Assembly (NCBI GenBank): GCA_026026165.1 | Contig: JAPEUD010000060.1 | Span: 62,001 to 126,000 of the forward strand | Direction of reading: 5' to 3' | Length of the DNA stretch: 64,000 nt | Source of the DNA: Sarea resinae | Taxonomy: Eukaryota | Part shown: piece by piece, positions 12,642 to 25,515 of the stretch | How positions within the stretch are numbered: position 1 is the first letter of the stretch | Layout of the letters: every line of letters begins with the position of its first letter | Program-made: the position numbers and the translations under genes | The notes under the pieces: generated by a model | The model's database searches: none | Told to the model about the DNA's origin: nothing | Seen by the model: the letters and a program-made list of their open reading frames with translations, nothing else

Positions 12642-14177
12642 ATGTCTGCCTCACGCCTCTTCCGCCCTGCTTCTCGCATGCTGTCTCTCTCGAGACCAGC
12701 AACGGCTTACGGTCGACCTGCATTTCAAATCGGAGCTTCGCTACCGACAATAGTTCGACAAAGAGGATATGCCACCCCCAGTGGCGTGAAACAGGTCGCT
12801 GTCAGAGATGCGCTGAATGAAGCGCTGGCCGAAGAGCTTGAATTGAACCCAAAGGTGTTCATCTTGGGTGAAGAGGTTGCTCAATATAACGGCGCGTAAG
12901 TTGTCCATAAGATCGCCCAAATCAACGTCCTTGGCTACTGTTGCTTGACATCAGTTCAACGGCGCGAAATATGTCCTCATATACCTGGGGTCATGGCTTA
13001 GGGCTCTGAAATTCAAGCTGAATGAACCGTGAAAGAGTCCCGCTGACAGAACATCTTCTGATGTCCCCAGTTACAAGGTTACACGAGGTCTCCTGGACAA
13101 GTTCGGCGACAAGAGAGTCATCGATAGTCCAATTACGGAATCGGGGTTTTGCGGTCTTACCGTTGGAGCCGCCCTTGCTGGCTTGCACCCAGTTGTGAGT
13201 TCGCCTAACGATGGACTGCTGTATCGATAATAAGACTGATAACTTACTGCCTTAGTGCGAGTTCATGACGTTCAACTTCGCCATGCAAGCCATCGACCAA
13301 ATCATTAACTCCGCCGCAAAGACACACTACATGTCCGGTGGAACCCAACCATGTAATATCACGTTCCGTGGTCCCAATGGCTTTGCCTCCGGTGTCGCAG
13401 CACAACACTCGCAAGACTACTCCAGCTGGTACGGAAGCATTCCTGGCCTCAAGGTAGTCACTCCCTACAGCTCAGAAGATGCAAAAGGCCTTCTGAAAGC
13501 CGCTATCCGAGATCCTAACCCGGTCGTCGTGCTTGAGAATGAGTATGATTCTGCTCCTTGTATCGGTTGAATCTGGGAGCTAACGCGAAGTATAGATTGC
13601 TGTACGGCACATCGTTCCCAATGAGTGAAGAGGCTCAAAAGGACGACTGGGTGATCCCTGTTTGTCTTCCTGCGTCTCACCAATCATTTACATAGCTAAT
13701 CAAATGAAAACAGTTCGGCAAGGCTAAGATAGAGCGACCCGGGAAGGATCTTACCATCGTTACTCTCTCCCGCTGCGTTGGTCAAGCTCTTGTCGCGGCT
13801 GAGAAATTGAAGAAAGACTATGGCGTTGAAACAGAGGTCATAAATCTTCGATCAGTCAAGCCAATGGACGTCGAAGCTATCATCAAATCAGTAAAGAAGA
13901 CAGGACACCTCATGGCGCTCGAGTCAGGATTTCCCAGCTTCGGTGTCGGCGCAGAAATTTTGGCATTGAGCATGGAATACATGTTCGACTACCTGGATGC
14001 ACCTGCTGTCAGAGTTACAGGTGCCGAGGTGCCGACGCCCTACAGTAAGAAACCCAAAACCCCCTGTCCAGATTGGTTAAACACTGACGATGAACTGCAG
14101 CACAAAATCTCGAGGAGATGGCATTCCCTACCGATGATCTAGTTGTCCAGTATGCAGCGAAGCTGCTGCGGGTCTAG
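12642..14177 (+). CDS. PDB1: Pyruvate dehydrogenase E1 beta subunit (mitochondrial)
   Basis: Presequence, [59 protein letters not shown]; 5 introns. Confidence 0.96.
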
Positions 14178-15914
14178 AGAGTTATTGGCAGTCAGAGCGA
14201 GAGGGGTGTGGGAGCAGCATCATCACGGGCATTTTCTTTCCTATATCGAGGTCTTGTACTTGTACAGCAGTAGCATCCTTACGTGCTCTTTTTTTACTTG
14301 TTGTGGCATTGAACATTGGCGCGGTCATTGCCTTCAGTATAGACCGCTTGAACTGTTCACCCGAGCTGCTGCTACCTCTATTCTAGCGTGTTCCAGAAGC
14401 TTTTCATAACGTAGTTTGTAGAGGTAGGTTGGCTCCGTTCTCTGGTCGGGCGTTCTTGTGTCTCCCCGCATTGCCTCTGCCTGCCTTGCCTTTGGAAATG
14501 TGCTCGTCTGCTCTACTGGGGTTTCTTTCCTCAAAGAGTCAGCGCACCGTACACCAGCTCAAGTATTAGACCTTACGGTGTCTGATGCTGAGGCGACCGA
14601 ACAGAAACATTAGTGTCTATGTGGACGGCTTTGATGTTCAAATTGAGCTATACTTCTACATAGTAGGCGTGATCTATGCTAACGGTCTGGGAGGCTATTG
14701 AAACTAGCCTCGGGATTGGAAGGACTTCTTGTCACAGTAATCACCGGGCACGGGCTACGCCGCAACTTTTGCGAACGCATAGGCGTATAGCGAGCGGATG
14801 TGAAGCTAGGCTTCTGGGTACAACATGTTTGGATCTACGGGGTGAACAGACTGTAAATTTTGGTGATCTTTCCGAAATGGACAAAAGAGCACAACTATTT
14901 GCAGCTTGTTGGATCTACCAAGTGTGGTATGCGGTATGAGGTAGACAACTTGGTCTGTCTCTCTCGTATTCAAATCTTAGGGACCGCTTGAAGAACTTGC
15001 GTATGCTTGTAGAGAGTCCAAGAGAGCAATTCGCCGTATACCTCGAGAAGCAAGTCGAAGAATATTGCAAACTATCCGGTGCGACTACTTGGTTGTGAAG
15101 AGTAGCATATTTCCATTTTGGTTGAATTGTATTTGAGAGAAGAGCCCCTATTCCAGGGATAGAATAGCAAAGCAGAGAATACGAATTTCCAATAAGGCTA
15201 TTGGAAAGAGACTTCAGGAAGTTACATGGGCGTCTTCTTTGATGCTGAGGGCAGACCGAAATCCTCCGAGCGTGAGTTAGAAAAGACATGAGGAAACTAA
15301 AGCGAATTCAAGCCCTTGAATGGTAGTTTCCACGAAGCCAATTTTCTGGCAAAATCACCATCGATGTCCATAGATCAATTGGCTATGTAGGCAACTTGGG
15401 GAGCATGATCGAATCATCTGGTTGATATTCGACCTGCAGCCACCTGCATGCTTGGTCTCGACACTCAATTCTCAGTTATCGTTTCTCGGACGAAATTGTT
15501 GATGGTAAGGGTGAGTCGATGACGAGAAGGAGAAGCAGAAGTTCGTGTATACGAATGACGAAATAGAGCTAAAGGCTACTGAAGTAGGAAGAAGTAAGAT
15601 CTACAAGATCCATGATTGGGGGGGAGGAGCTATGTGATCTAAACTTCTCGCTTTTCATCTGCTCCAGGGTGTCTCAGACTAGAGCTGAGGGAGTCCGACC
15701 TCATCGAGGTCAGGGAATAATAACATGTGCTTCATCATTCGTGCGAACAGGTGCATAGGAAATGAGATGAAATGCAAGAACGCAAACACCCATTTGAGCC
15801 CCATCGAAATAGAATGATGCCTTGCCTACCACCTCCTGAAATCCTAACGCCGCGGTCTTCCTTACATAGAGTCTATGAGAAAATCCCACCAACGCCAATT
15901 TCTGAAGACATGCG

Positions 15915-16738
15915 CTATCGCCCTGGGCAATTTTCTCCACATCCAGTAGGATGTCTCGGATCATAGTGTTCATATTCCTCATCCTCAGTATCACTATCCG
16001 CGAGTTCGCTCTTTTGAGGCTTAACCTCGCCACTATCACCAAAAGCTTTTTTGAAGCCTGCGCCCGGCTTTTCAGTAACCGTCTCTTCTTTCTCGACGTC
16101 GGAGAACGCGTTCTTGAATCCCCCCTTCTTGAAGCCTCCACTGGCTGCGGGCGTTGTATCGAGCTTGACCGGTTTGATGGTAATAAGGCCCGATTTCTCG
16201 TCTGCTTTTCGTTCTGCCCTGCGGGCCTTCGAGGACGCAAGAGGATCTCTCTGCATTTGCTTCATCTCCTTCAAACGCTGGTGGGAACAAGTGTTAATGT
16301 CGAATCCGTGAATAAGCAGCAAGAGCGCGCACCTTCTTATGCTGATGATCGTAGGACGACTCATGCGCCTCGAACTCGTTCATCCGACTATATCCCTATG
16401 ATAAGATAAGTAAGTGAGAAATGCGAACACCGGCTGATCGCATACCTTTTGGCATAGTTCGCCTATGACCAGGGAATCAGCAAAGCTCCTTTTCGCGCGC
16501 ATGTATCGCTGGCCACTCACAAAAGAACGATTTTCGCGCTTCCCTTGCGCTCTCGGTCTGAGATCATCTCAGCATCAGCAAGCCACGGCTATCAACAGGG
16601 TGCTTTTCTGGACAGCGGGTTGCTGTATACGGTTCCACTAACCTTCGGCGCCGGGTTGGTAAATCCTCTCTAAAGGGAGTAGCATCGCTGTCAGTCAATG
16701 CGCATGAACCAAATATTACTAGGACTCACAGGAGGCAT
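15915..16738 (-). CDS. Small U1/matrin-type C2H2 zinc-finger protein, 6 exons
   Basis: Exons 16738-16730, 16669-16643, 16557-16521, 16462-16446, 16395-16333 and 16277-15915 splice in frame to MPPRGFTNPAPKTESAREARKSFFCELCQKGYSRMNEFEAHESSYDHQHKKRLKEMKQM...GGFKKGGFK...YDPRHPTGC. Confidence 0.8.
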
Positions 16739-17092
16739 CTTGACTATACTGTGACTTATTACACAGTGTTGGACAGGCTTTCAGAGCGTCGAAGAAGTCG
16801 AAGGATTGCCATGCTCCTGTCCTCCTATATAAATAGAAGAAGCTCAATGGAATGGATTCGTCTGGACCCAGAGCTCAAAGTTTAAGGTGGTGCTGGCCCG
16901 TGCGCGTGGGGTGTCAGTACCAATACTCTACTCTAGTGTCGGTCACTGACGCAGCGTGGTGATCGCAAGCGCATGCCCTTTTGTTTCCCTCCGTCTGTTG
17001 CAAATAGCCCATGTCGCCAAAGAAAAAAAAAGACCAGAAAAAATAAACCTCCGAAATCAGTCCGCAGATACATAGAATAGCCTTGCCCCACC

Positions 17093-18063
17093 ATGGGCGC
17101 CGACGACTGGCAAGAAGAGAGTCTTATAGAACTCGAACCATCTCCAGTCGATGATCCTGTTGACCTCGAGAAGGATGGTTACTTCCCCTCCGAGTCCTCG
17201 CCATCACCACCCCAGCCAGTGGCGCGCTCGACGACATTAGGCCTTCATGGACATAGCGCAGTATATTACTGTAATTATTCCCCAGTCTTGTGGTATTCAG
17301 CTCAGCAGGTTGATCTTTGCCCTTAGTGAGCCGGATACAGCGCTATTCGTCCTATGCATTCGGCGTCTTCCTCAGCTTTCACATCGCCAACACTTCTCTC
17401 CTCCCACTCGCCTCGCGATCCATATCTGCTAGTGACGACTACCTACTTCTCACTCGACCGTACTATCAGTCTCCTCTCGTCGAACCTGTTGTCGTAATTC
17501 TCCCACTCCTCGCTCACATCGGTTCAGGAGTTGCTCTGCGTGTCTATCGAAGACGCCAGCTCGCCAAGCGCTATGGAGCCGACACTAGAGCGGACAGAAG
17601 GAAGCTGGCTTACCCGAAGCTGAGCGGGACCAGTATACTTGGATTTGCGTTGGTGCCGATGCTTGCGGGCCATGCGCTTCTCACTCGAGTCCTGCCCCTA
17701 TGGGTGGACGGGGATAGTTCGGGTATCGGTCTATCCTTCGTCTCCCACGGATTTGCAAAGCATCGTGCTATATCCTTCACTGCCTTCTCTCTACTCATCG
17801 CGACCGCTTCGTGGCATATAGTTTGGGGTTCAGCCAAGTGGCTTAATTTATCGCCCTCGCAAGTTACTGAAGGCGGTGCTGACGCCGCCTTGCAGAGAAA
17901 GAGAAGATGGTATGCCGTCAATTTCGTCAGCGTAGCAGTTGCAGGCTTGTGGATGGCTGGTGGTCTGGGGGTGATAGGAACGGCCGGCGAAATAAGGGGC
18001 TGGGTGGGTAGACATTATGATGAGCTCTATAGGCAGATTCCCTTCTTCGGTCGATGGGCTTAG
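17093..18063 (+). CDS. MCP1: Mitochondrial outer-membrane protein Mcp1-like (DUF1691)
   Basis: SRIQRYSSYAF.VFLSFHIAN, LLLTRPYYQSPLVEP, HIGSGVALR, several TM segments; one intron ~17271-17326. Confidence 0.75.
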
Positions 18064-18629
18064 GAAGCTATTCTTACGGTATTCCAGCATTGATGCAGTG
18101 ATTATTCAGTTCTTTTTCCATTGAAGAGACAGTGCTCTACGCCACCATTTGGATCTACTTGCGTTGTTGGCGCATCGGATATCTGCGAAGGTGATGCTTG
18201 AGAAGTAACGGAAACAAGATGAGCAAATACAACAAGCGATCGCACCAAAGTTTTTCACTTGAACAAATAAGATCTCTCCTTGACCTCACCACTTGTACAA
18301 TAGATCCGAAGATATTTGACTATAGATATAACAAAGCTTGCATCTCACTAATGATGCCCCGCCCTCTAATCCGTTATGCTCGCTCCTTCTCTATATTCAC
18401 ATATTCGCTTCGGTCAATGTTTGCTGGTAGTGTAGGACAAAATGAATTATCATATAGCAGAAGCTTCTGCGGCAGGGGATCAGGAGGCCGGGCTTGAAAG
18501 AATTGCCACATCAATTCGTAGTTCGCTCGAGCACAGTAGCTCTGGGTATCACGACGACGCCGCAGGAAAGGAAAGAGTGTTCCTCCACGTCCTGGGCCCA
18601 ATGAACTTCGACGAACCAAATTGTGACCC

Positions 18630-20368
18630 TCATGCTTGTCCTGGCGTATCTTTCGCGATTGACTGCCATTCTTCAATAACTTCGGCGACTTTAAAGACCA
18701 CATTGTCGTCACCATATTGGGCGATGATTTGAACACCCGTAGTATCCAGAGGAGCGCCGCTCTCGACATTATGAGCAACCGGTACACTGATTGCCGGAAG
18801 ACCCGCAAAGCTCGCAGGTACAGTGAACACGTCGTTCATGTACGCATCAAGAGGAGTCTGTGTCTTGAGCGACTCACTCGCTGGAGGGAGACTCGGCGCA
18901 GTAGGGCAGATGATCACATCAACGCCATCCGAACGTGATGATTGCTTGTGAGACGGAAGGAGGGGGTTTGAAAGCGCAAAAGCGCTATCAAAATCTTGTT
19001 GAACAAGCCGGCGCACCTTCTGAGCTTTGAGAAAATAATTATCAATAGCTTGAGCGCTTAGACTATAAGAACCAAGCATGATTCTTCGCTTGACTTCATC
19101 GCCAAAACCCTCACCCCTGGTTTTCGCGAAGAGTGTTCCTCCGGCACTATCATTCTGGCTCTCTCTTGTCCCATAACGAACTCCATCGTACTTTGCGAGG
19201 TTGGAAGATGCTTCCGCCGGAGCAAGAACATAATACGCGGACAGCGCATGCTTTGTACTGGGAAGAGATACTGGCTGGATCGAATGACCCTCTTCTTGAA
19301 GGTGTTTAAGAGTGCGTATCCACGTCTCACGCACTAAGGGGCTCAGCTCCTCGATGTTGTACTCTGCAGGCACCCCAATGCGGAGTGGTCCCTGCCTACT
19401 ACTCTTATCGATCATTTGTTGAATGCGTGAACGGGCAGAAGTTTTTAAGCTTGTAGGGTCCTGTTGGTCAAAACCTTGGATAATATCTGCATATTTTCCA
19501 GGCAGGTCAGCACCGCTCTAACAGAAATCCCAAGAAGCTGGGCACAAACCAAACACAGCCCTTGCAGATCTGCTATCTTTTGCCAAAACACCAACAGTGT
19601 CTAGAGAATTGGCATAAGCAACCACCCCCCATCTTGATACAAGCCCGTAAGATGGCTTGAAGCCAACAATGCCTGTGTATGCAGCTGGCAATCGTACGGA
19701 ACCACCAGTGTCTGTACCTAGGGCACTGAACGCTGACACTCAGTAAATCTTGAGTAGCAGCTCTGTAATCTAAAAGACTTACGCGTAGCATTGGCCAGTA
19801 GCCACAGCCACAGCACTGCCTCCTGAGCTACCTCCTGAGCTACCTCCTGCTGAGGCGGCTCCTGCAAGGCCTGCAGTTTTGTTTGTCACTGGACCAAAGA
19901 AAGAGTGCGTCGAATGAGACCTGGTTGCTGCTTAGCCGGGCCCCCCGTAAGCCGATTCGCAGGGCACCTTCTTCCTTCACTCACCCCATTCCGAACTCAT
20001 CCAGATTTGTTTTCCCGGAGATGATGGCACCTGCACCAGCCAATTTGGAGACCACTGTGGCATCGAAGGGGCTGGTGAAGTGCTTGAGAATTGCTGAGGC
20101 ACATGTTGTAGGGTATTGAGCCGTGCATATATTATCTTTGATCGCGACAAGCTTGCCATCCAGCGGCGATTTAGTTGTGCCTGATCTGCAATTAGTAAGA
20201 TATGAGGCATTTCAGTCATTCTCTCGTACCTGCCGACAGACGTCCGTCTGCATCCTTCACCGCTGCTAATGCTGATGATTCCCCTCGAAAAGGCGATATG
20301 AAGGCATTTAGAGCCTTGTATGTTCCCTGGTTCGCAATGCACCTTTCGGCCTCGCGAAGAAGCGACAT
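18630..20368 (-). CDS. HER2: Mitochondrial glutamyl-tRNA(Gln) amidotransferase subunit A (GatA)
   Basis: [65 protein letters not shown]; several introns. Start codon inferred. Confidence 0.92.
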
Positions 20369-20854
20369 GGAGACCGAGACCGATGGACCCCCCGTCCGAG
20401 CAGGTCAGCCTCTTACTTGACAAGAAGCCGTAATATTTCGTTCATCAGTACACAGGATTTGGAGGCGTTCGTTCGTTCTCTTGAACGCCCGGAAATGCCA
20501 AATGTTTCATGACCGAATACGGGATACTGGCTTTTGTATATAAGGTCTTCGTAGATTGCCGTATCAATATGACAGCTGGGGCCCGCCCCGAGCTGGAGCC
20601 CGCTGCCGGCCGCGGATGACGGATGACGTCGGTGATCGGCATCAGCTGCACCGACGGAGCTCTGCCGCAGCTCTACGGAGTACTCCCTGTACCGCGACAG
20701 AGTCACCTCCACTATCATATCATCAATATCTAGATAACTCATATAATTCCTTCAAGGGAGCCTCTCCTCAGAGAAGCCCTGGAGCCCGCCTTTATATGAA
20801 CTATCGACTATCGTACAACTACAATAACTCCCTTTGATTGCCGAAGTATCCAAT

Positions 20855-22717
20855 ATGATTTTCAGGTGGCTGCTTGCCTGCTCTCACATCGTCGGCCTTG
20901 CTCGAAGCGCCCAACCCTCTGCTCCGTCACCACCTGCACTGCCGCTTCGAGATTTACCATGGGGCCAGTTGAACTTTTTGCACACCACGGATACTCATGG
21001 CTGGCACGCTGGACATCTACAGGAGTAAGCCGGCCAAATTCTGCAAATACCTACAGCTGACTGGTGATGCAGGCCATCATACTCGGGTGACTGGGGAGAT
21101 TATATATCCTTTGCCGAGCGCATGCGACAGAAAGCCGATGATATGGGAGTAGACCTCTTGTTGATAGATACGGGCGATCGAATAGAAGGCAACGGTCTCT
21201 ATGATGCTTCGGAACCGAAAGGAAACTATACCTTCGATATATTCAAGGAACAGGATATCGACGTCTTGTGCTCCGGGAACCACGAGCTTTACAAGCAGAA
21301 CTCATCCGAGAATGAATATCTCAAGACTGTTCCTAATTTCAAGGGCAATTACCTGGCTTCCAACCTTGACATCTACGACCCTGAGACGGGGAAGAGGGTC
21401 GCTTTGGCTCCTCGCTATAGGAAGTTTACCACCAAAAACCAGGGATTACGCATTCTTGCATTTGGGTTTATTTTCGACTTCAAAGGCAACTACAACAACA
21501 CTGTTGTCCAGCCTGTGGAGGAGACCATCAAGGAAAAATGGTTTCAGAATGCGATCCGCGATAGAGAAGTAGATCTCTTCTTGGTGACTGGACATGTCGA
21601 CATCCGTTCACAAGAGTATGACAGGATATTCCGAGCAGTCAGACAGGTTCAATGGGATGTGCCAATCCAGTTTTTCGGTGGACATACTCATATTCGGGAC
21701 TATGCGAAGTACGACTCGAAGACCTATGCGTTGGAAAGTGGACGGTATATGGAGACTATTGGCTTCATGTCCATTGAAGGGATCCAAACGGGGTCCAAGG
21801 ACGAAGTGAGTTTGGCAGCAGGACCGACTTTCAAAAGGAAGTATATAGATAACAACCTCTACTCCTTTCATCACCACACTGGTCTGAATGATTCGACCTT
21901 TCCAACCGAACGCGGTAGGAACGTCTCTAAGTCTATCTACGATGCCCGGAAAGCCTTAGATCTGGACCATCTACATGGCTGCGCTCCGCAAGACCTTTGG
22001 CTCAACCGTGCAAAATATCCCAGCAATCATAGCATTTTCAGCTGGTTGGAAAACGCCGTCATTCCCGACGTGGTTCAAGATCCAAAAAGGAAAGATTACC
22101 CCCGATTGATCATAGCTAATACCGGAGCAATGAGGTTCGATGTCTTCAAAGGCCGATTTACACGTGATACGACGTTCATTGTCTCACCATTCACCAGTGG
22201 CTTCAGATATATCAAAGATGTGCCATACGGTAAAGCGAAGAAGCTACTGTCACTTCTCAACAACGGCGGCCCAGTTTTAGAGCAGATAGCCCCGGAGCTG
22301 AAGCATCGCCCTATGACCTCGCCAGAGCAGCTGGCCATCAAGTCGGACATATTGCCTGATGACTCTTACGCAGTGACTGAGGGTCAAATTACTCTTCACG
22401 AGGATGCCAATCTGACACCAGGATACACGACAAAGGACGATGCAGGCAATGATGGCGATGACACTCTTCACTCTCCAATAACTTTCTATCGCGTTCCGAA
22501 TTGCATACAGTCCAAGGTTGCTTTTCCTGGAGGCGGAAACGATCCAGAGATTGTCGACGTAGTGTTTTTGGAATTTATCCAGCCTTGGGTTTTATTGGCA
22601 TTGAAATTTCTCGGAGAAGACTACGGAGCGAATGATATATCGGAATACTTAGGTGGCAAAGATTTCACGACCTTGATCTCGGACTGGGTAGAAGAGCATT
22701 GGCCGACGGACTGCTGA
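20855..22717 (+). CDS. Secreted/vacuolar calcineurin-like metallophosphoesterase, 5'-nucleotidase family (YHR202W-like)
   Basis: Signal peptide; [45 protein letters not shown]; one intron ~21025-21072. Confidence 0.88.
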
Positions 22718-23302
22718 ATGCAGTCCACGTTTGATGTGAAATATGGCGCAGATGGTCTTCGGCACCGATGGCTCGCAGCGCACTTGTCCGATCATGGCAA
22801 ACATATATACCAAATGTTGCCGCTGGGAATGCTGCACAGCCCGGCAGGCATTCATCATGGATTGGCGTTGCATACTAGATGGAAACTTTCTTCTTTCGCG
22901 TCGAGGCCGTTGATCTGACCTGGACTTATTGGATTTGTTGGTTCGGCTGGCCGCATATTTTCTATCTTTGGGAGAAGGGGAAAGGGGGATCGCAATTTCC
23001 ATTGGCTCTCCCAAAGTAGTTAGTGAATAGTCGAGCTGAGGTGTAAGCACCGAGATAACCGGATGGCTTCTGTATTAGCGCATCGCGGACATGGCTGGAC
23101 CCTGTCCGGCCGGACTCGTGGAGTACCTACTCGGCGACTGCAAAGAAGTATTCGTACTACTCTGTATCACGACAACAAAGTTCATCTCTGCGTCTGCCGG
23201 CCAGCATAAGATGCTGGCGAGAGATGAGCTGGCGTTCTTCGTTTCCTTTTTTTCTCATGGTTGAGCAGCATATATGCATTGGTCGATCTGAACGGAGTAG
23301 GC

Positions 23303-23370
23303 ATCTCCAGGATCTCCAGGATCTCCAGGATCTCCGGGATCTCATGGATCTCATGGATCTCACGGACCTC
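23303..23370 (+). repeat. 9-bp minisatellite (ATCTCCAGG/ATCTCATGG) x ~7
   Basis: Direct reading of the tandem array. Confidence 0.9.
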
Positions 23371-24253
23371 AGAGGTCTAGCTGGAGATGGTGCGTCTTTC
23401 CTCGTGATGGATGGGGACGACGCGGACACAGCAGATCTTGTTAATGCAGTCTTTCCGGGCTCTTCAATTCATCAGGTTCGACATAGAAGACCCATCGGTT
23501 CACTCATCGGAGTAGTAAGAGGATGAAATCAAATGCCTGCCTTGGGGAGTCCATATCACTCGTGGCCGTGGAGGTTGTTGAGAGCTAGCCTGCTGGGGAC
23601 GAATACACGACTCTTCCGGTACTATCAGGTGACTATAGTGAGTAACCTCCTACGAAGCGCAGAGGTATTGTGTCGTACAGCACACCCAAGAAAGGGACTC
23701 CCTACCCAGGTACTCCCACCTGACCGTGGGTGTCCCGAACAGGTAGGAATTGTCGAAAAGGTACTCCGGAGTACACGGCGGTACTGCGCAGTAGCCCCAG
23801 CCCAACTTTGTCTCGCAGGGTCCTCACAACACCACCATCACCACCCATGGATCACCACCACCACCACCTGTCACCATTCGACAAACTCACTTTCGTCGCC
23901 TCACTTCCCGTCCATTTTCGACATCTTCCCCACCCCCTTCCCCCTCCTCGCCGGCTTTGATTCTTATTGTTATCATTTCATCGCATTTCCAGGCCAAGTT
24001 GCCTGTGTCCATGGCCCCGTCACGGTCCATTGCCCATATATTCGAAGCGTGCTCTTTGGTAGCGTAGCTTACTCCCTCTGCTTTAGCGGCCTTCTTGTTT
24101 TTCTTCTTTCGACGACCGGACCTCGAACAACAGGGCAGCAAGCAGCAAGCAGCAAGCAGCCAGAACACCAGGCACGCATTCTTTCCGGACCTCCAATAAT
24201 TCACCTACCCTCATTCACCACTGTTCCTCGCATCCCGCCCCTCACCTGTCGCA

Positions 24254-24925
24254 ATGGCCGCCAAAAAGTCACCGGCGCCCCTTGCTGCGTCAGACAGCCA
24301 ATTCACCCTCCCCTCCATCAAGCCAGTCGAGTTCTCTCTCACCGCCGGCACGGATATTCCCCCGCCTCCAGAGTCACCCGTTGAAGATACTCCACCGGCG
24401 CCGTCCACGAAAAAGTCCGTCAAGGTCGATACCACCGCCGCCTTTGCGACGCCCACGAGCGAAATGCCTGGCGCGTTCCCCCAGACCCCAGGAGCAGAGC
24501 AAGCCACAGAGCCGCGCTCGCCAACCTCGCCAGCATCAAGTACTCGTCCCGGCTCCGTCCGCCGCTTCCTCTCGCTCAAGTCCCTGAACACCTCGTACAA
24601 CGCCTCGACTGACAGCCTCAGCAATATGGTACACCTGCACCATAACCAGAACGCTGTTCCCAGCTCTGCGAGCATCGCATCCAGCTCGCTGCGACCTCCC
24701 AGCGTCGCCAGCAAGCGTCGCAGCATGAGCTGGTTCCGACGAAAGTCCACGGGGCGCAATCCGCTTGCTTACGAGAACGTCGAGGAGGAGAACAGACGGC
24801 CGCAGGAAATGTCGGCACCGGTACCGAAGGGACCACCACCGCCGAAGCTGCCGGAGTTGAAAACATTGGGGACGAGCTTGGATGGGGGAAGTCTCGGAGG
24901 GGATGATCTGTTCAAAGGCATCTAG
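24254..24925 (+). CDS. Hypothetical Pro/Ser-rich disordered protein (223 aa)
   Basis: Good ATG context, coding-like codon bias, ordered-looking termini (VEFSLTAGTDIPPPP; PPPKLPEL...GSLGGDDLF); no recognised domain. Confidence 0.7.
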   Translation: MAAKKSPAPLAASDSQFTLPSIKPVEFSLTAGTDIPPPPESPVEDTPPAPSTKKSVKVDTTAAFATPTSEMPGAFPQTPGAEQATEPRSPTSPASSTRPGSVRRFLSLKSLNTSYNASTDSLSNMVHLHHNQNAVPSSASIASSSLRPPSVASKRRSMSWFRRKSTGRNPLAYENVEEENRRPQEMSAPVPKGPPPPKLPELKTLGTSLDGGSLGGDDLFKGI

Positions 24926-25515
24926 TAGGGTCGATGCTCGGTCGGTACTTCGGCCTATGACTCGAAAGCGGTCTGGAGTGGAGATCCTTAATTTGTCTAA
25001 TTTTATATCCGCGAGGACCTCTCTGGGATATGGAGAAAAGGGGAAAGGAGTGGCAAAGGGGGGTGGAAGTGCAGCATTGATACCCGAAGAGCAGCGGCAT
25101 TGGCATCGATTTGCATCTTGATCTAAATTTTCCATTTTCGACCTCGCGGAGGGCTAAAAAAGACTTTCTACATGTTCTATTTGAATAGTGGGGCTGGATC
25201 TATGTTCTCTGATCTGAGCGGTATATCATCCAAATTCCTCTTCATCAGCATACCGGATACCGAAGGTTGAGCGAACGACGATTTTCCATTCCATCAGTTC
25301 CGTTGTTTATTTCGCATTTCGCATTTCCTAGATTTTCTTTTTCTAGTTGTACGTTCGACACTTTATACCCCCAAGATGGTGGGCGACAATTGCAAGTTTT
25401 CTGACCCGCAGATGAGGTATTCATACATTTCTTGGATCCAACCTTTGTCTAGTAAGTGACAATATATATATCTGTGAATTCATAGACCTGCCCGCTCTCC
25501 CTTCGTATGCGCTTC

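Noticed and set aside
23303..23370. Short repeat array as CRISPR-like
   Set aside because: No spacers, 9-bp unit, eukaryotic context, no cas genes.
23533..24384. 283-aa ORF upstream of and overlapping the 24254 gene
   Set aside because: Runs through promoter palindromes and CAC/GCAGCAA microsatellites; composition is not protein-like.
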